DNA of 32,000 bases from Cyclobacteriaceae bacterium (GCA_044228465.1 JBGAUU010000016.1:1-32000), one strand, 5' to 3'; counted from the first letter of the stretch, positions 21,334 to 30,980 are shown. Numbers and translations are program-made. Notes: a model not told the origin generated them from the sequence alone.

Positions 21334-23205
21334 TTACTTCCCCCTCTCCTCCAACTCCAGCCATCTTAACGTGCTCTCTTCAATTTTCAATGAGAGTGTT
21401 TCAATCTCTTTGGACCAATCGTTGAGTTGCTTGTGGTCGGTACTGCCGGCATTTAAGAGGTTGATCACTTCGGCTTTCTTGGCTTCGAGGCGTTCAATCT
21501 CGGAAGGTAATTTTTCCAGTTCGGCCTTCTCGGTCAGGTTCAATTTCTTACGCTCTTTGGGTGACTCCACAACCGCCTCTTGCTTCTTCGGGGCAGCCGG
21601 GGCAGCTTTCTCCATCTCTTCTTTCTCTTCGATCCACGTGCGGTAGTCGGAATAGTTGCCGTTGAACGGACGAATTACACCCTCGCCTTCGAATATGAAA
21701 AGTTGATCGACCAGGTGATCCATGAAATAACGATCATGCGATACAAGCAACAAACAGCCTGTAAACTTCTCCAAGAATTCTTCCAACACGTTGAGTGTGT
21801 CGATGTCAAAATCGTTGGTCGGCTCATCTAAGATAAGGAAGTTGGGATTGGTAACGAGTACCTTGAGTAATTGCAGGCGCTTCTTCTCGCCACCGCTCAA
21901 TTTCTCAACAATGTTGTATTGCTTTTCGGGACTGAATAAAAATGTCTCTAAGAACTTGGATGCAGAAATCTGTGAGCCATCCGCCATGGTGATGAACTCG
22001 GCTATCTCCTTCACTTCTTCAATCACACGATTGGAGAGTTTGAGGGTTTCTACCTCCTGCGTAAAGTAGCCGATCTTGGTAGTGACACCGGGAATGATCT
22101 CACCACTGTCGGGTGGTGTTTTGCCGGTAAGCAAATCGAGAAAAGTGGATTTGCCAATTCCGTTTTTACCGACAATTCCAATGCGGTCTTTCTTCTTAAA
22201 TATATAGTTGAAATCGTCCACCATCTTGCGATCGCCATACTGCTTGCGGATATGGTGAAGTTCCATAATCTTCCCTCCTTGCCGTGCTTCTTGAATATCT
22301 AACTCGAGGCGGTCTTTCTTAATATTCTGGGTGGCCTTCTCCTGCAATTCGTAGAATGCTTCGATGCGGTATTTTGCTTTAGTGCCCCGGGCGCGTGGCT
22401 GCTTGCGCATCCACTCCAGTTCCTTTTTCATGAGGTTCTTGGCCTTCGTCACCTCCGTTTTCAGCATCTCTTCGCGCTCCGACTTCTTCTCCAAAAAATA
22501 AGCATAGTTGCCCTGATAGCGATAAAGTTTACCGCGGTCAAGCTCTAATATCACCTTTGAAACGTTGTCCAGAAAGTAGCGATCGTGGGTCACCATCAAC
22601 AGCGTTACGTTCTGTCCCGCTAGGTAGGATTCCAACCATTCGATAGCTTCGAGATCTAAGTGATTGGTAGGCTCATCCATGATGATGAGGTCGGGCTCTG
22701 TTAAAAGTAATTGCGCCAAAAAAATGCGCTTGCGCTGACCACCGGAGAGTTCTTCAAACTTTTGATCGAGGTCGATGATGCCGAGCTTACCGGTGATTTC
22801 CTGAACCTTTGCATCATAGTCCCACGCATTGAATTCTTCCATCCACTCCAGCGCGTGCTGCATGCGCTCGGGGGAAACAGAAGGATCGTGAAGACACTCT
22901 TCGTATTCGCGCACTACCTTGGCGATCTTGTTTTTATCGTCAAACAAAATCTCCTTGACGGTGAGCGCTCCTTCTACGTTGGGTTGCTGTGTGAGGTAGC
23001 CGAGTTTAATTCCATCGCGGGTAGAAACGACACCGCTATCGGGTTTGATTTGTCCGGTTAAGATTTTGATGAGAGTGGTTTTGCCGGTGCCGTTTTCGCC
23101 AACAATTGCCACCTTTTCTCCCTGGCTAATGCCAACGGTAATGTCTTTAAAAAGCCAACGATCGTTATACGATTTGGAGAGCGATTCTGCGGAAAGATAA
23201 TTCAC
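21334..23205 (-). CDS. ABC-F family ATPase (Uup-like, two ABC domains plus C-terminal coiled coil)
   Basis: Walker A motifs GENGTGKTT and GKNGIGKST. Signature motifs LSGGQRKR and LSGGEKKR. Walker B motifs IIMDEPTNHLD and LILDEPTNDFD. There are no TM domains, and the C-terminal tail is charged and coiled-coil-like. Confidence 0.9.
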   Translation of the reverse strand: MNYLSAESLSKSYNDRWLFKDITVGISQGEKVAIVGENGTGKTTLIKILTGQIKPDSGVVSTRDGIKLGYLTQQPNVEGALTVKEILFDDKNKIAKVVREYEECLHDPSVSPERMQHALEWMEEFNAWDYDAKVQEITGKLGIIDLDQKFEELSGGQRKRIFLAQLLLTEPDLIIMDEPTNHLDLEAIEWLESYLAGQNVTLLMVTHDRYFLDNVSKVILELDRGKLYRYQGNYAYFLEKKSEREEMLKTEVTKAKNLMKKELEWMRKQPRARGTKAKYRIEAFYELQEKATQNIKKDRLELDIQEARQGGKIMELHHIRKQYGDRKMVDDFNYIFKKKDRIGIVGKNGIGKSTFLDLLTGKTPPDSGEIIPGVTTKIGYFTQEVETLKLSNRVIEEVKEIAEFITMADGSQISASKFLETFLFSPEKQYNIVEKLSGGEKKRLQLLKVLVTNPNFLILDEPTNDFDIDTLNVLEEFLEKFTGCLLLVSHDRYFMDHLVDQLFIFEGEGVIRPFNGNYSDYRTWIEEKEEMEKAAPAAPKKQEAVVESPKERKKLNLTEKAELEKLPSEIERLEAKKAEVINLLNAGSTDHKQLNDWSKEIETLSLKIEESTLRWLELEERGK

Positions 23206-23486
23206 TTAAAAAATTTAAGTGCGCAAGTTAGCACAAGCAAACTTCACAGCCGCGCAGACTTCGAAAATATCGTTAGATTGTCGTTCGACTTAGGCCATCT
23301 GATATTGCTTTTTGTAAAAGCAAAACAAGCAAATGCCTAGTTGAAATAATGTAACGGAAGCGATGGTAAAAAATAGCATCATAGCACGCATCGGGTTTTA
23401 ATGTTAAACCAAACTTAAACTAAATAGATCAAATATCCTACTATTCAGTTAGTTATGAATTTCAATTTCAAGCTATTTTACTGACA

Positions 23487-24005
23487 ATGAATTTATTAGA
23501 ATCATTAAAAAAATCGCCTTCACCGGCACAATACAAGCAAATGATTGTCTACATCGGTGATGGCAAGCAGCGGTTTTCTGAATTGATTTTGATCTATTTA
23601 AATGGCCCCGAACGCATTACTCAACGGGCCGCTACCCTGCTCGTTCACTTTGCGAAGAAACAACCGGAGCTAGTTATAGGACAACTAGGCATCATTCTAA
23701 AACAACTCAACCAACCTCACGCCAGTGTCGCAATCAAACGCAATACGGTTCGCTTTCTGCAAGACATCAAAATTCCTAAGCGATGGCAGGGTAAAGTAGC
23801 GGACATTTGCTTTACGTTTCTTACCAACCATGATGAGCCCATTGCAGTGAAGGCTTTTTCCATGACGGTGTTGGGGAACATTGCCGTTGAAAACATAGAA
23901 CTGAAAAACGAGTTGATTCCCATCATCGAAGATCAGATGCCTTTTGGAAGTGCCGGCTTTCGAAATCGCGGGGCCAAGGTTTTGAAACAATTGGCCGCAC
24001 AATGA
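23487..24005 (+). CDS. Hypothetical protein, all-helical, possibly HEAT/ARM-like repeat
   Basis: 172-aa ORF with ATG start and helical-repeat-like composition. I recognise no motif with confidence. Confidence 0.5.
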   Translation: MNLLESLKKSPSPAQYKQMIVYIGDGKQRFSELILIYLNGPERITQRAATLLVHFAKKQPELVIGQLGIILKQLNQPHASVAIKRNTVRFLQDIKIPKRWQGKVADICFTFLTNHDEPIAVKAFSMTVLGNIAVENIELKNELIPIIEDQMPFGSAGFRNRGAKVLKQLAAQ

Positions 24006-24055
24006 TGTGATTATAATTTGGGTTTAAAAGCTAATTTGCACCCCGAAATTTCAGC

Positions 24056-24877
24056 ATGTCAGATCAGGCTTCTCCTCTTATTGTTTGCAAAAGCTGCGGT
24101 AATTCGTTTCACGGAAACTACTGCAATGAATGTGGCGAAAAGGTATTGAAGCCGGCCGATCGCTCATTCAAAACCTTCTTAAGCAACATTTTAATCGCCA
24201 TCACTTTTGCGGACAGCAAAATGATCAAAACATTATGGCTGGTGTTGAGTAAACCGGGCTTTGTTTCGAAGGAGTTTGCCGAAGGTCGCAGGGTTAATTA
24301 CCTCAAACCGATCTCGTTGTTTTTTGTACTGAACCTGATCTACTTTTTCTTTCCACTCATCCAGTTATTCAACGCAACCTTAACGACACAACTGGGATCT
24401 CCATTGGGCATTCTTTTCAAAAACGTAGTCGCTCACAAAATAGTAGACATGGGCCTCGACCTCAACTCGTTTAAATTGATTTACAATCAGAAAACCGTTG
24501 GGTTTGCCAAATTGATGGTGATGGTTTTTGTGGTGATCGCCTCTCTCCCACTCAACATTCTTTATTGGAAGCGGAATCGGTTCTTTACAGACCACGTGGG
24601 CTACATGGTAGAGCTGGCTTGTTTCAATTTGTTTGTCAACGCCATCACGCTTTCCATCCTCGCCTTTTTTGGATTGGGAAAATATCTTAATGAAGAAGTT
24701 CTCACATTCATTTTCATCTCCACGAACTTGTACTTTCTATTTCGCTCCGGAAACATTTTCTACCAGGAAAAGAGTTGGAGACTGGTGTTGAAGTCGATGC
24801 TGATGATTGCGTTCCTTAAGATCGCTCTCGAAGTGTATCGGGCTATTCTTTTCTTCGTGACCATCTGGTCGATGTAG
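24056..24877 (+). CDS. DUF3667-like membrane protein with N-terminal zinc ribbon
   Basis: N-terminal CKSCGNSFHGNYCNECGEK (CxxC...CxxC) is followed by several TM helices. This architecture is typical of Bacteroidetes DUF3667. Confidence 0.7.
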   Translation: MSDQASPLIVCKSCGNSFHGNYCNECGEKVLKPADRSFKTFLSNILIAITFADSKMIKTLWLVLSKPGFVSKEFAEGRRVNYLKPISLFFVLNLIYFFFPLIQLFNATLTTQLGSPLGILFKNVVAHKIVDMGLDLNSFKLIYNQKTVGFAKLMVMVFVVIASLPLNILYWKRNRFFTDHVGYMVELACFNLFVNAITLSILAFFGLGKYLNEEVLTFIFISTNLYFLFRSGNIFYQEKSWRLVLKSMLMIAFLKIALEVYRAILFFVTIWSM

Positions 24878-24977
24878 CAAATTTAGTTACGTTAAGCTCT
24901 ATCGACCTCCTCTCTTGTGGAGTTGATTGAGGTGAGGTGTAAAAAATAGCTTAACGTTCTAGTATCTGGTCGATGTA
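24863..24977. repeat. Perfect 14-bp direct repeats (ATCTGGTCGATGTA) flanking an 87-bp hairpin-forming segment
   Basis: Copies lie at 24863-24876 (includes the last codons and part of the stop of the DUF3667 gene) and 24964-24977 (abuts the stop of the minus-strand TPR gene). Between them are an outer stem tagttacgttaagct/agcttaacgttcta (24884-24898 / 24948-24961) and an inner stem acctcctctc/gaggtgaggt (24905-24914 / 24929-24938). Confidence 0.6.
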
Positions 24978-24978
24978 A

Positions 24979-25572
24979 TCACTGCCCTTCCGACAAGCTT
25001 TCAATCAACTCGTCCGCAGACTTTTGTTCAGCTATTGGTACGAGCTTTTTATAATGAAACAAGGCTTCCACAGCTTCTTTCTTTTCGCCATTCATAGCTA
25101 ATGTCAATGCCAGATTAAAATAACTGTTGGGAAACTGTGGCTCAATGGTAATGGAAAGTTCGTAATGCAATTTGGCCAGCATCCAATTACCTACTTCGGC
25201 ATAGAGGTTGGCGAGATTGTAGTGGGCTTCGTAATGACGAGGATCTTCTTTTAAACTTTTGGTAAAATAGTCGATGGCACTGGTTGTATTTTTGTGCTGC
25301 GATTCGAGGATACCTAGATTGCAATAGGCATCGGCCACACTATCGCCCGCCTCAATGGCCTTCAAATACAATTCTCTGGCAGCAGCATCCTGCTGCTCAT
25401 CCATCATCAGCGCTTCTTCAAATGCTGAAAGCTTATTGAGACTAACTACCTTGGCTCCGGTGAAAAGATTGAGCTGGCCATTTTTGTCCAGCAGGCCCGG
25501 ACGCTTTTTAGCTACCGGTTTGTATCCGAATTTTTCGGGCCCTTGCCCAGGAAATGCAATTACTTTTCCCAT
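24979..25572 (-). CDS. TPR-repeat protein
   Basis: I prefer the ATG at 25572 (MGKVIAFPGQG) over the TTG at 25608. TPR-like units are visible (ADAYCNLGILE, AIDYFTKSLKEDPRHYEAHYNLANLYAEVGNWMLAKLHYELSITIEP, NSYFNLALTL). Confidence 0.7.
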   Translation of the reverse strand: MGKVIAFPGQGPEKFGYKPVAKKRPGLLDKNGQLNLFTGAKVVSLNKLSAFEEALMMDEQQDAAARELYLKAIEAGDSVADAYCNLGILESQHKNTTSAIDYFTKSLKEDPRHYEAHYNLANLYAEVGNWMLAKLHYELSITIEPQFPNSYFNLALTLAMNGEKKEAVEALFHYKKLVPIAEQKSADELIESLSEGQ

Positions 25573-25620
25573 GTGGTGCAAAGGTACTGCATCTTGGGTA
25601 AGCCGCAAACAGGGTTGAAA

Positions 25621-27159
25621 TCAGTTCTTTACAATCAGAAACTCGACCCTGCGGTTGAGCTTGCGTGCTTCTTCGGAATCGTTGGTCGCGATCGGCTTGG
25701 TGCCGCCAAAACCCTTACCACGGATACGTCTGGATGCCACGCCTTTCGAAACGAGATAGGCCTTGATACGATCAACACGTTCTTTGGAAAGTGCCAGATT
25801 CTTCTTGGCATCTCCCCGATTATCGGTGTGGCCTTCGAGTTCGATCTCTACCTTGGGATTGGCTTTCATGAAGTCCACCACCGCATCTAATTCCGGATAT
25901 GATTCCTCCAGCAACGAAGTGGTGCCCATGTTGAACAAAATGCTTTTCAGGCTGACGAGCGTTCCCACTTCAATCGGCTGCAACTGAAAATTCAACTCCA
26001 GTTTTTTGAGCTGCAAAGTGCGGATGTCCAGCTTCTCAATGCGATTGACAAAGCCCCTACTCTCCAACTCGATGGTGAAGACTTTGCCTGATGGAATGGT
26101 AGCTTGATACAAACCATTCGGTGCCGACTGCACCAAGATAGTGGTGTCTGCTTTGAAGCGGATCGATGCGGAAATGCCCGCCTTTGTCTTAGAGTTGGTC
26201 ACCTTGCCGGTGATAATAACTTGATTCAAAAGTTCAACTTCGGGTATCTTTTCGACCATTCGAATGAGTGTATCAACCTTCGGTAGTAGCTCGGTTGTTT
26301 CCAACACTTTTCGGATATCCCCATAACCGTTGCTGTCGCGTGTTGAAGTATAAAGAATGCCTGAGTTGGTAATCCGGTAATACAACTCTCTTGATTCGGA
26401 ATTGGTTTGTTCACCGAGATTCACGGGCACCGACCAATTGGTCCAGGTGTCATCCAATCGATCAGATTTATAAATATCAAAACTGCCCAATCCTTGGTGT
26501 CCATTGGAGGCAAAATACAACGTGCGACCATCCACAGAAAGAGATGGTGTGAACTCTTGCAGTGGCGTGTTGATGACTTTACCCAGATTGATCGGTTCTT
26601 GAAAGCGCCCATCCTGAATCAGCGAAACATAAATATCTTCCGCACCACGTGTATTGTAACTTTCGGCTGAAAACACAAACGCATTTTCAGATAAGAAGCC
26701 ACTCCACTCTTCACTCTGATTTTTGAAATAAGGGATGGAGCGGTTTTGTGGAAACGACCATCCATTGGATTCTCGTTCTGCTACTGCAATTCCCTGTGTG
26801 GTGATGTTGCCCTCTTTCGCATAATGGCCGAGCAAAATCATTTGATTTCCATCGACACTAAATCCGGCTACGGCATTGTAGTTGGCGTTGTTAATTTTAT
26901 TTCCTCCATGGATGGGGGCTTGCCACTTGCCATCAATCTTCAACGACACCCAAATATCGCCCGGATCTTTTTTGCCGCCTACATTCTGCGGATGTTTGCC
27001 GATGGTGAGGTACAATACTCTCCCATCCGGACTGATTACCGGATTTTGTTCATCGTAAGGAGAGTTGACTAAACTAAACTCCGGATAAGATTGTGAAAAA
27101 CCCTTCGTGCAAAACAAAGTGATAGCACCTATCAATATCCATTTAATCATCTGCGGCAT
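25621..27159 (-). CDS. OmpA-family protein with TolB-like beta-propeller repeats and C-terminal OmpA peptidoglycan-binding domain
   Basis: Signal peptide MPQMIKWILIGAITLFCTKGFSQ. Repeated PD40/WD40-like segments are present (SPDGRVLYLT, FSVDGNQMIL, LSVDGRTLYFAS). The C-terminal OmpA motifs are LEGHTDNRGD...NLALSKERV...NRRVEF. Confidence 0.85.
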   Translation of the reverse strand: MPQMIKWILIGAITLFCTKGFSQSYPEFSLVNSPYDEQNPVISPDGRVLYLTIGKHPQNVGGKKDPGDIWVSLKIDGKWQAPIHGGNKINNANYNAVAGFSVDGNQMILLGHYAKEGNITTQGIAVAERESNGWSFPQNRSIPYFKNQSEEWSGFLSENAFVFSAESYNTRGAEDIYVSLIQDGRFQEPINLGKVINTPLQEFTPSLSVDGRTLYFASNGHQGLGSFDIYKSDRLDDTWTNWSVPVNLGEQTNSESRELYYRITNSGILYTSTRDSNGYGDIRKVLETTELLPKVDTLIRMVEKIPEVELLNQVIITGKVTNSKTKAGISASIRFKADTTILVQSAPNGLYQATIPSGKVFTIELESRGFVNRIEKLDIRTLQLKKLELNFQLQPIEVGTLVSLKSILFNMGTTSLLEESYPELDAVVDFMKANPKVEIELEGHTDNRGDAKKNLALSKERVDRIKAYLVSKGVASRRIRGKGFGGTKPIATNDSEEARKLNRRVEFLIVKN

Positions 27160-27169
27160 TTACAATTAA

Positions 27170-27751
27170 CTATTTACTCACCCATTTATTATCCTTGATC
27201 GAAAAGCGCCACGGAAGCAACGCATCTTCTCCGGCATAATCGATTCCAATTCGTGCATCGGCTTTGATTTTAGAGGGAGCTACTTTCTTTCCTTCTTCAA
27301 TCCACACTTGATGGCCCAACAAATCTACCCCATTCCAACTCTTCGTGATGCCCAGTGCTTTTGTCAGCTTGCCCGGACCGCTCGTGATTCGTTTGATTGA
27401 ATTGACTTTCATACGTTCCATCATCAGGTCCATTCCGAGCTCCGGCTCGAGTGCGCGGATCAACACCGCATCGGCTTTACCGGATTGATTGGTGACCACA
27501 TTGAACAGATGATGCATGCCATAACAAAGATACACATAACTGATGCCGCCCTTTTCAAACATCATTTTATTGCGTTCGGTCTGCCCTTTGTAGGCGTGGC
27601 AACCTCTTTCTTTGTACGAGTAGGCTTCCGTTTCCACAATGATGCCGCTCGTTAACATCTCATTAACATTGGTAACCAATATTTTACCAATCAAATCTTT
27701 GGCCACTTGCACCACATTCGACCGCTGGTAAAAGGATTGTGGAAGCTTCAT
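27170..27751 (-). CDS. mpg: DNA-3-methyladenine glycosylase (AAG/Mpg family)
   Basis: I prefer the ATG at 27751 (MKLPQSFYQR) over the TTG at 27787. Contains IVETEAY and the GGISYVYLCYGMHHLFNVV core typical of the AAG/Mpg family. Confidence 0.85.
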   Translation of the reverse strand: MKLPQSFYQRSNVVQVAKDLIGKILVTNVNEMLTSGIIVETEAYSYKERGCHAYKGQTERNKMMFEKGGISYVYLCYGMHHLFNVVTNQSGKADAVLIRALEPELGMDLMMERMKVNSIKRITSGPGKLTKALGITKSWNGVDLLGHQVWIEEGKKVAPSKIKADARIGIDYAGEDALLPWRFSIKDNKWVSK

Positions 27752-27803
27752 CGTTGGTAATTGAATTATCTTAAATTTGCGGCTCAATTATAAACAAACA
27801 ATT

Positions 27804-28658
27804 ATGAAAAACATCCTTTTAATTTTACTGAGTGCCATGTGTTTGGTAGCGCAGGCACAGGTTCAAACTCCACAGCCCAGCACGGCTTCAACCGTTACCA
27901 ATGTAGTGGGTCTTACAGAAGTAAAAATTGAATATTCTCGTCCAAAGGCAAAAGGCCGCAAAATTTTCGGTGCCACTCCTGATTTCTTAACTCCTTACGG
28001 AAAGTTGTGGCGCACTGCTGCGAACAACGGTTCGAAAATTACCTTCAGCGATGATGTGAAATTTGGTGGCGTAGATGTTCCTAAAGGAACTTATTTGTTG
28101 TTGAGCATTCCCGGAGTTGCTGAGTGGACTGTCATTCTTTACAAAGATGTAGCGATGGGCGGAAATACCGAAGCCTATGACGCTAAAAACGATCAGGCTC
28201 GTGTAATCGTGAAGGCTGAGAAACTAACTGAAAAAGTAGAAACTTTTACGTTGGAAATTGCTGACTTTGCTGAAAACAACAAATCGGCTAATCTTCAAAT
28301 CATGTGGGAAAACACTTCAGTGAAAGTGCCGATCACAGTTGACTTTGATGCAAAAGTAATGAAGTCAATTGAGGCCAACACCAAAGTAAGTCCCAACAAC
28401 TATTTCCAGGCTGCTGTATATTATTTGGAGAATGGCAAAGACCTGAATCAAGCATTGAAATTTGTGAACAGCGCGTTGGAAAGCAACCCAACTGCATTCT
28501 GGATGTTGTATCAAAAAGCGAGAATCCAAAAAGGCTTGAATGACAAGGCCGGTGCTTTGGCTACTTCTAAAGTTTCTTTGGAAGAATCCATCAAAGCAAA
28601 AAATGCAGATTACCAAAAGATGAACGAAGAGCTTCAGTCTGATGGTGAGAACTGTTGA
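27804..28658 (+). CDS. DUF2911-family periplasmic protein with C-terminal TPR-like helical region
   Basis: The ATG at 27804 gives the signal peptide MKNILLILLSAMCLVAQA. The segment VGLTEVKIEYSRPKAKGRKIFG...YGKLWRTAANNGSKITFSDDV...GTYLL matches the DUF2911 pattern as I recall it. Confidence 0.75.
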   Translation: MKNILLILLSAMCLVAQAQVQTPQPSTASTVTNVVGLTEVKIEYSRPKAKGRKIFGATPDFLTPYGKLWRTAANNGSKITFSDDVKFGGVDVPKGTYLLLSIPGVAEWTVILYKDVAMGGNTEAYDAKNDQARVIVKAEKLTEKVETFTLEIADFAENNKSANLQIMWENTSVKVPITVDFDAKVMKSIEANTKVSPNNYFQAAVYYLENGKDLNQALKFVNSALESNPTAFWMLYQKARIQKGLNDKAGALATSKVSLEESIKAKNADYQKMNEELQSDGENC

Positions 28659-30325
28659 ATGAGCAAAGCAACGACCACCACAATCACACAGCCGATGATG
28701 TTGTAAAACAGAAATGCAATCTGGTCGTAGAAGTAGAAATAGCAGCACAACACAAGCGACTCAGCTATCAATGCCGCAATAAACACCGCGTTGCTTTTCA
28801 CATGCTTCAAGTAAAAAGCAACGAGGAAGATCCCGAGGATGGTTCCATAAAATAATGAACCCACAATGTTAACAAACTGAATCAAGTTTTCGGCAAAGTT
28901 GGCGAGGGCGGCAAATGCCATGGCAATCAATGCCCACAACACTGTAAAGTAGCGCGAGGCCTTTAGATAGTGATCATCCGAGGCATTGGCACAAATCGAA
29001 CGCTTGTAAATATCAACGGTAGTGGTGCTGGCCAGCGCACTCAACTCCGATGCCATGGACGACATGGCGGCAGAGAACATCACAGCCAGCAACAAGCCAA
29101 TGATTCCGTGTGGCAGGTAGCTGAGCACAAAGTTCAGAAAAATATAATCGCGGTCTTGTGTTTTTGCGGCAGGCACCGCTTCCGCGATAGTAGCCTTCAC
29201 CGCTTTCCGCAATTGATCCTCTTCTGTTTTAAGTGCGGTGTACTTCTGTTTGGATGATTCTTTTAAAACCTGGTTATCCGACTGAATACCTTCGACTAAT
29301 TGATCAACGGCCTTCCTTTTCTCGGCATAGATCGTGTTGTATTTCACCTCGAGTAAACGAATAGAATCGGCCTGCGCTGTTTCCATCGCCTGCTTCTTCA
29401 GCGTTGCATTGTGAAAAATCGGGGGCTGTATGAACAAGTAGAAAACGAATACCAACACGCCAATGAACAAAATCAAAAACTGCATCGGGATTTTCAGCAA
29501 GCCGTTCATGATCAATCCCATTCTGCTTTCACGAATGGACTTGCCCCCGAGGTAGCGGCCCACTTGAGATTGGTCTGTTCCAAAATACGATAGGAACAAA
29601 AAAGTAGAAGCAATCAAACCCGACCAGATATTGAAGCGGTCGCTCCAACTAAAGTCGGTGGTGATGATATTGAGTTTACCGAGCTCACCGGCAATCTGAA
29701 TGGTATTACCAAATGACACGTGATCAGGAATCAAACGATACGCAATAATTCCCGCCAGGATCATTCCACCCATGATCACCGTCATCTGCTGGCGTTGCGT
29801 TAAGCTCACGGCTTTGGTGCCACCGGACACCGTATAGATGATGACCAGTGCGCCAATCAGCAACGTGGTAAATAAAATGTTCCATTCTAAAATGGTTGAC
29901 AGAACCAATGCCGGTGCGAACAGCGTAATACCTGCGGAGAGTCCACGTAAGATGAGAAACAAAATGGCAGCGAGTGTACGCGTCTTCAGATCAAATCGAT
30001 TTTCTAAATATTCGTAGGCGGTGTACACCTTTAAGCGATAATATATGGGCACCATGGTGACCGAGATGATGATCATCGCCAGCGGCAATCCGAAATAGAA
30101 TTGAATAAAGCGCATGCCATCTTCAATCGCCTGACCGGGGGTTGATAGGAATGTAACCGCACTTGCCTGAGTTGCCATGATGGAAATGCCGATCATCCAC
30201 CACTTCATGGAGCTGTCGCCCTTCAGGTATCCTTCCATACTTTGGGCACCACGGGTTTTCCAACTTCCGTAGGCAACGATAAAAAAGATGGTACCAAATA
30301 GTACCAACCAATCGAGTAGATGCAT
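28634..30325 (-). CDS. Sodium:solute symporter (SSF) family transporter with an inserted charged cytoplasmic segment
   Basis: 563 aa with about 13 TM segments and the SSF-like motif IYTVSGGTKAVSLTQ. A roughly 90-aa charged helical insert (KKQAMETAQADSIRLLEVKY...KTQDRDY) lies between TM blocks. Confidence 0.85.
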   Translation of the reverse strand: MHLLDWLVLFGTIFFIVAYGSWKTRGAQSMEGYLKGDSSMKWWMIGISIMATQASAVTFLSTPGQAIEDGMRFIQFYFGLPLAMIIISVTMVPIYYRLKVYTAYEYLENRFDLKTRTLAAILFLILRGLSAGITLFAPALVLSTILEWNILFTTLLIGALVIIYTVSGGTKAVSLTQRQQMTVIMGGMILAGIIAYRLIPDHVSFGNTIQIAGELGKLNIITTDFSWSDRFNIWSGLIASTFLFLSYFGTDQSQVGRYLGGKSIRESRMGLIMNGLLKIPMQFLILFIGVLVFVFYLFIQPPIFHNATLKKQAMETAQADSIRLLEVKYNTIYAEKRKAVDQLVEGIQSDNQVLKESSKQKYTALKTEEDQLRKAVKATIAEAVPAAKTQDRDYIFLNFVLSYLPHGIIGLLLAVMFSAAMSSMASELSALASTTTVDIYKRSICANASDDHYLKASRYFTVLWALIAMAFAALANFAENLIQFVNIVGSLFYGTILGIFLVAFYLKHVKSNAVFIAALIAESLVLCCYFYFYDQIAFLFYNIIGCVIVVVVALLIQQFSPSD

Positions 30326-30326
30326 A

Positions 30327-30440
30327 TTAGCTGAAAGATCGGGTGAGAATAAAAAAAAGAATTACTTGTACGATCATCACACCCAACACCAGCGCGTACC
30401 AGCTATTCCACGATTCAAAGACGGGAGGTTTTTCTTGCAT
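30327..30440 (-). CDS. Unannotated 37-aa single-TM small protein, translationally coupled to the symporter
   Basis: My manual translation gives MQEKPPVFESWNSWYALVLGVMIVQVILFFILTRSFS. Its TAA stop (30327-30329) is separated by 1 nt from the symporter ATG (30325). It is too short to appear in the ORF track. Confidence 0.35.
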   Translation of the reverse strand: MQEKPPVFESWNSWYALVLGVMIVQVILFFILTRSFS

Positions 30441-30460
30441 AAAAATGTAATTCAATTCAT

Positions 30461-30480
30461 CCACGGGCTGAAGCCCGTGG
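30461..30480. terminator. Perfect GC-rich hairpin ccacgggc-tgaa-gcccgtgg
   Basis: 8-bp stem with a 4-nt loop, lying between the end of the upstream minus-strand gene remnant (stop at 30508) and the small ORF/symporter unit. A T-run follows on the plus strand, but only a weak one on the minus strand. Confidence 0.5.
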
Positions 30481-30507
30481 CAATTTTTCGCTTCTTTAGA
30501 TTATCAA

Positions 30508-30980
30508 TTACCGCTTCTTCACCTTCGTCTTTTCCAATTTCTTGGGCTTGCCCAACGAAACCAAATTCGCAAACAATTTATACGCTCCCGAAACGCCTTC
30601 CGGCAGTTCCCTGAAAAACGACAACCCCGTATACACATAATATCCTTCGCCATACTTGGCTACCAACAGGCTTCCATTTCTGGCAGGCTCACCGGCATCG
30701 TTCATCGATAACAATGCTTCGTAATTGGCATCCCATGTTAGATCGGTCTTTACTTAAAATTAAGGATTTCAAAACATCTCTCTCCTGCACCCCCTTCAAA
30801 ATCGGCTGACGTTATTTTGTTCGGGAAGTTGAGCTTGCCGAGGATGCTCGCAAACAATTTTAAAATTCGCACTTCGCTGTTTTCTTCGGTCACGCGTATA
30901 CACGCGAATCCTTCACCATATTTGGCAACCAATAAGCTTCCATTCTTGGCAGGTTCACCGGCATCATTCATCGACAACAA
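30508..30980 (-). pseudogene. Orphaned, frame-disrupted C-terminal fragments of the upstream LmbE/PIG-L-associated gene
   Basis: Two ORFs (30750-30980 and 30508-30714) both begin MLSMNDAGEPA(K/R)NGSLLVAKYGEG. The second continues with the conserved-looking end YYVYTGLSFFRELPEGVSGAYKLFANL. They are separated from the main ORF by stops and frameshifts. Confidence 0.6.

Noticed and set aside
28634-28658. 25-nt overlap of the convergent 3-prime ends of the DUF2911 gene and the symporter gene
   Set aside because: Both reading frames look intact up to their stops. Short convergent overlaps occur in compact genomes, and I see nothing suggesting a functional element beyond possible antisense interference.
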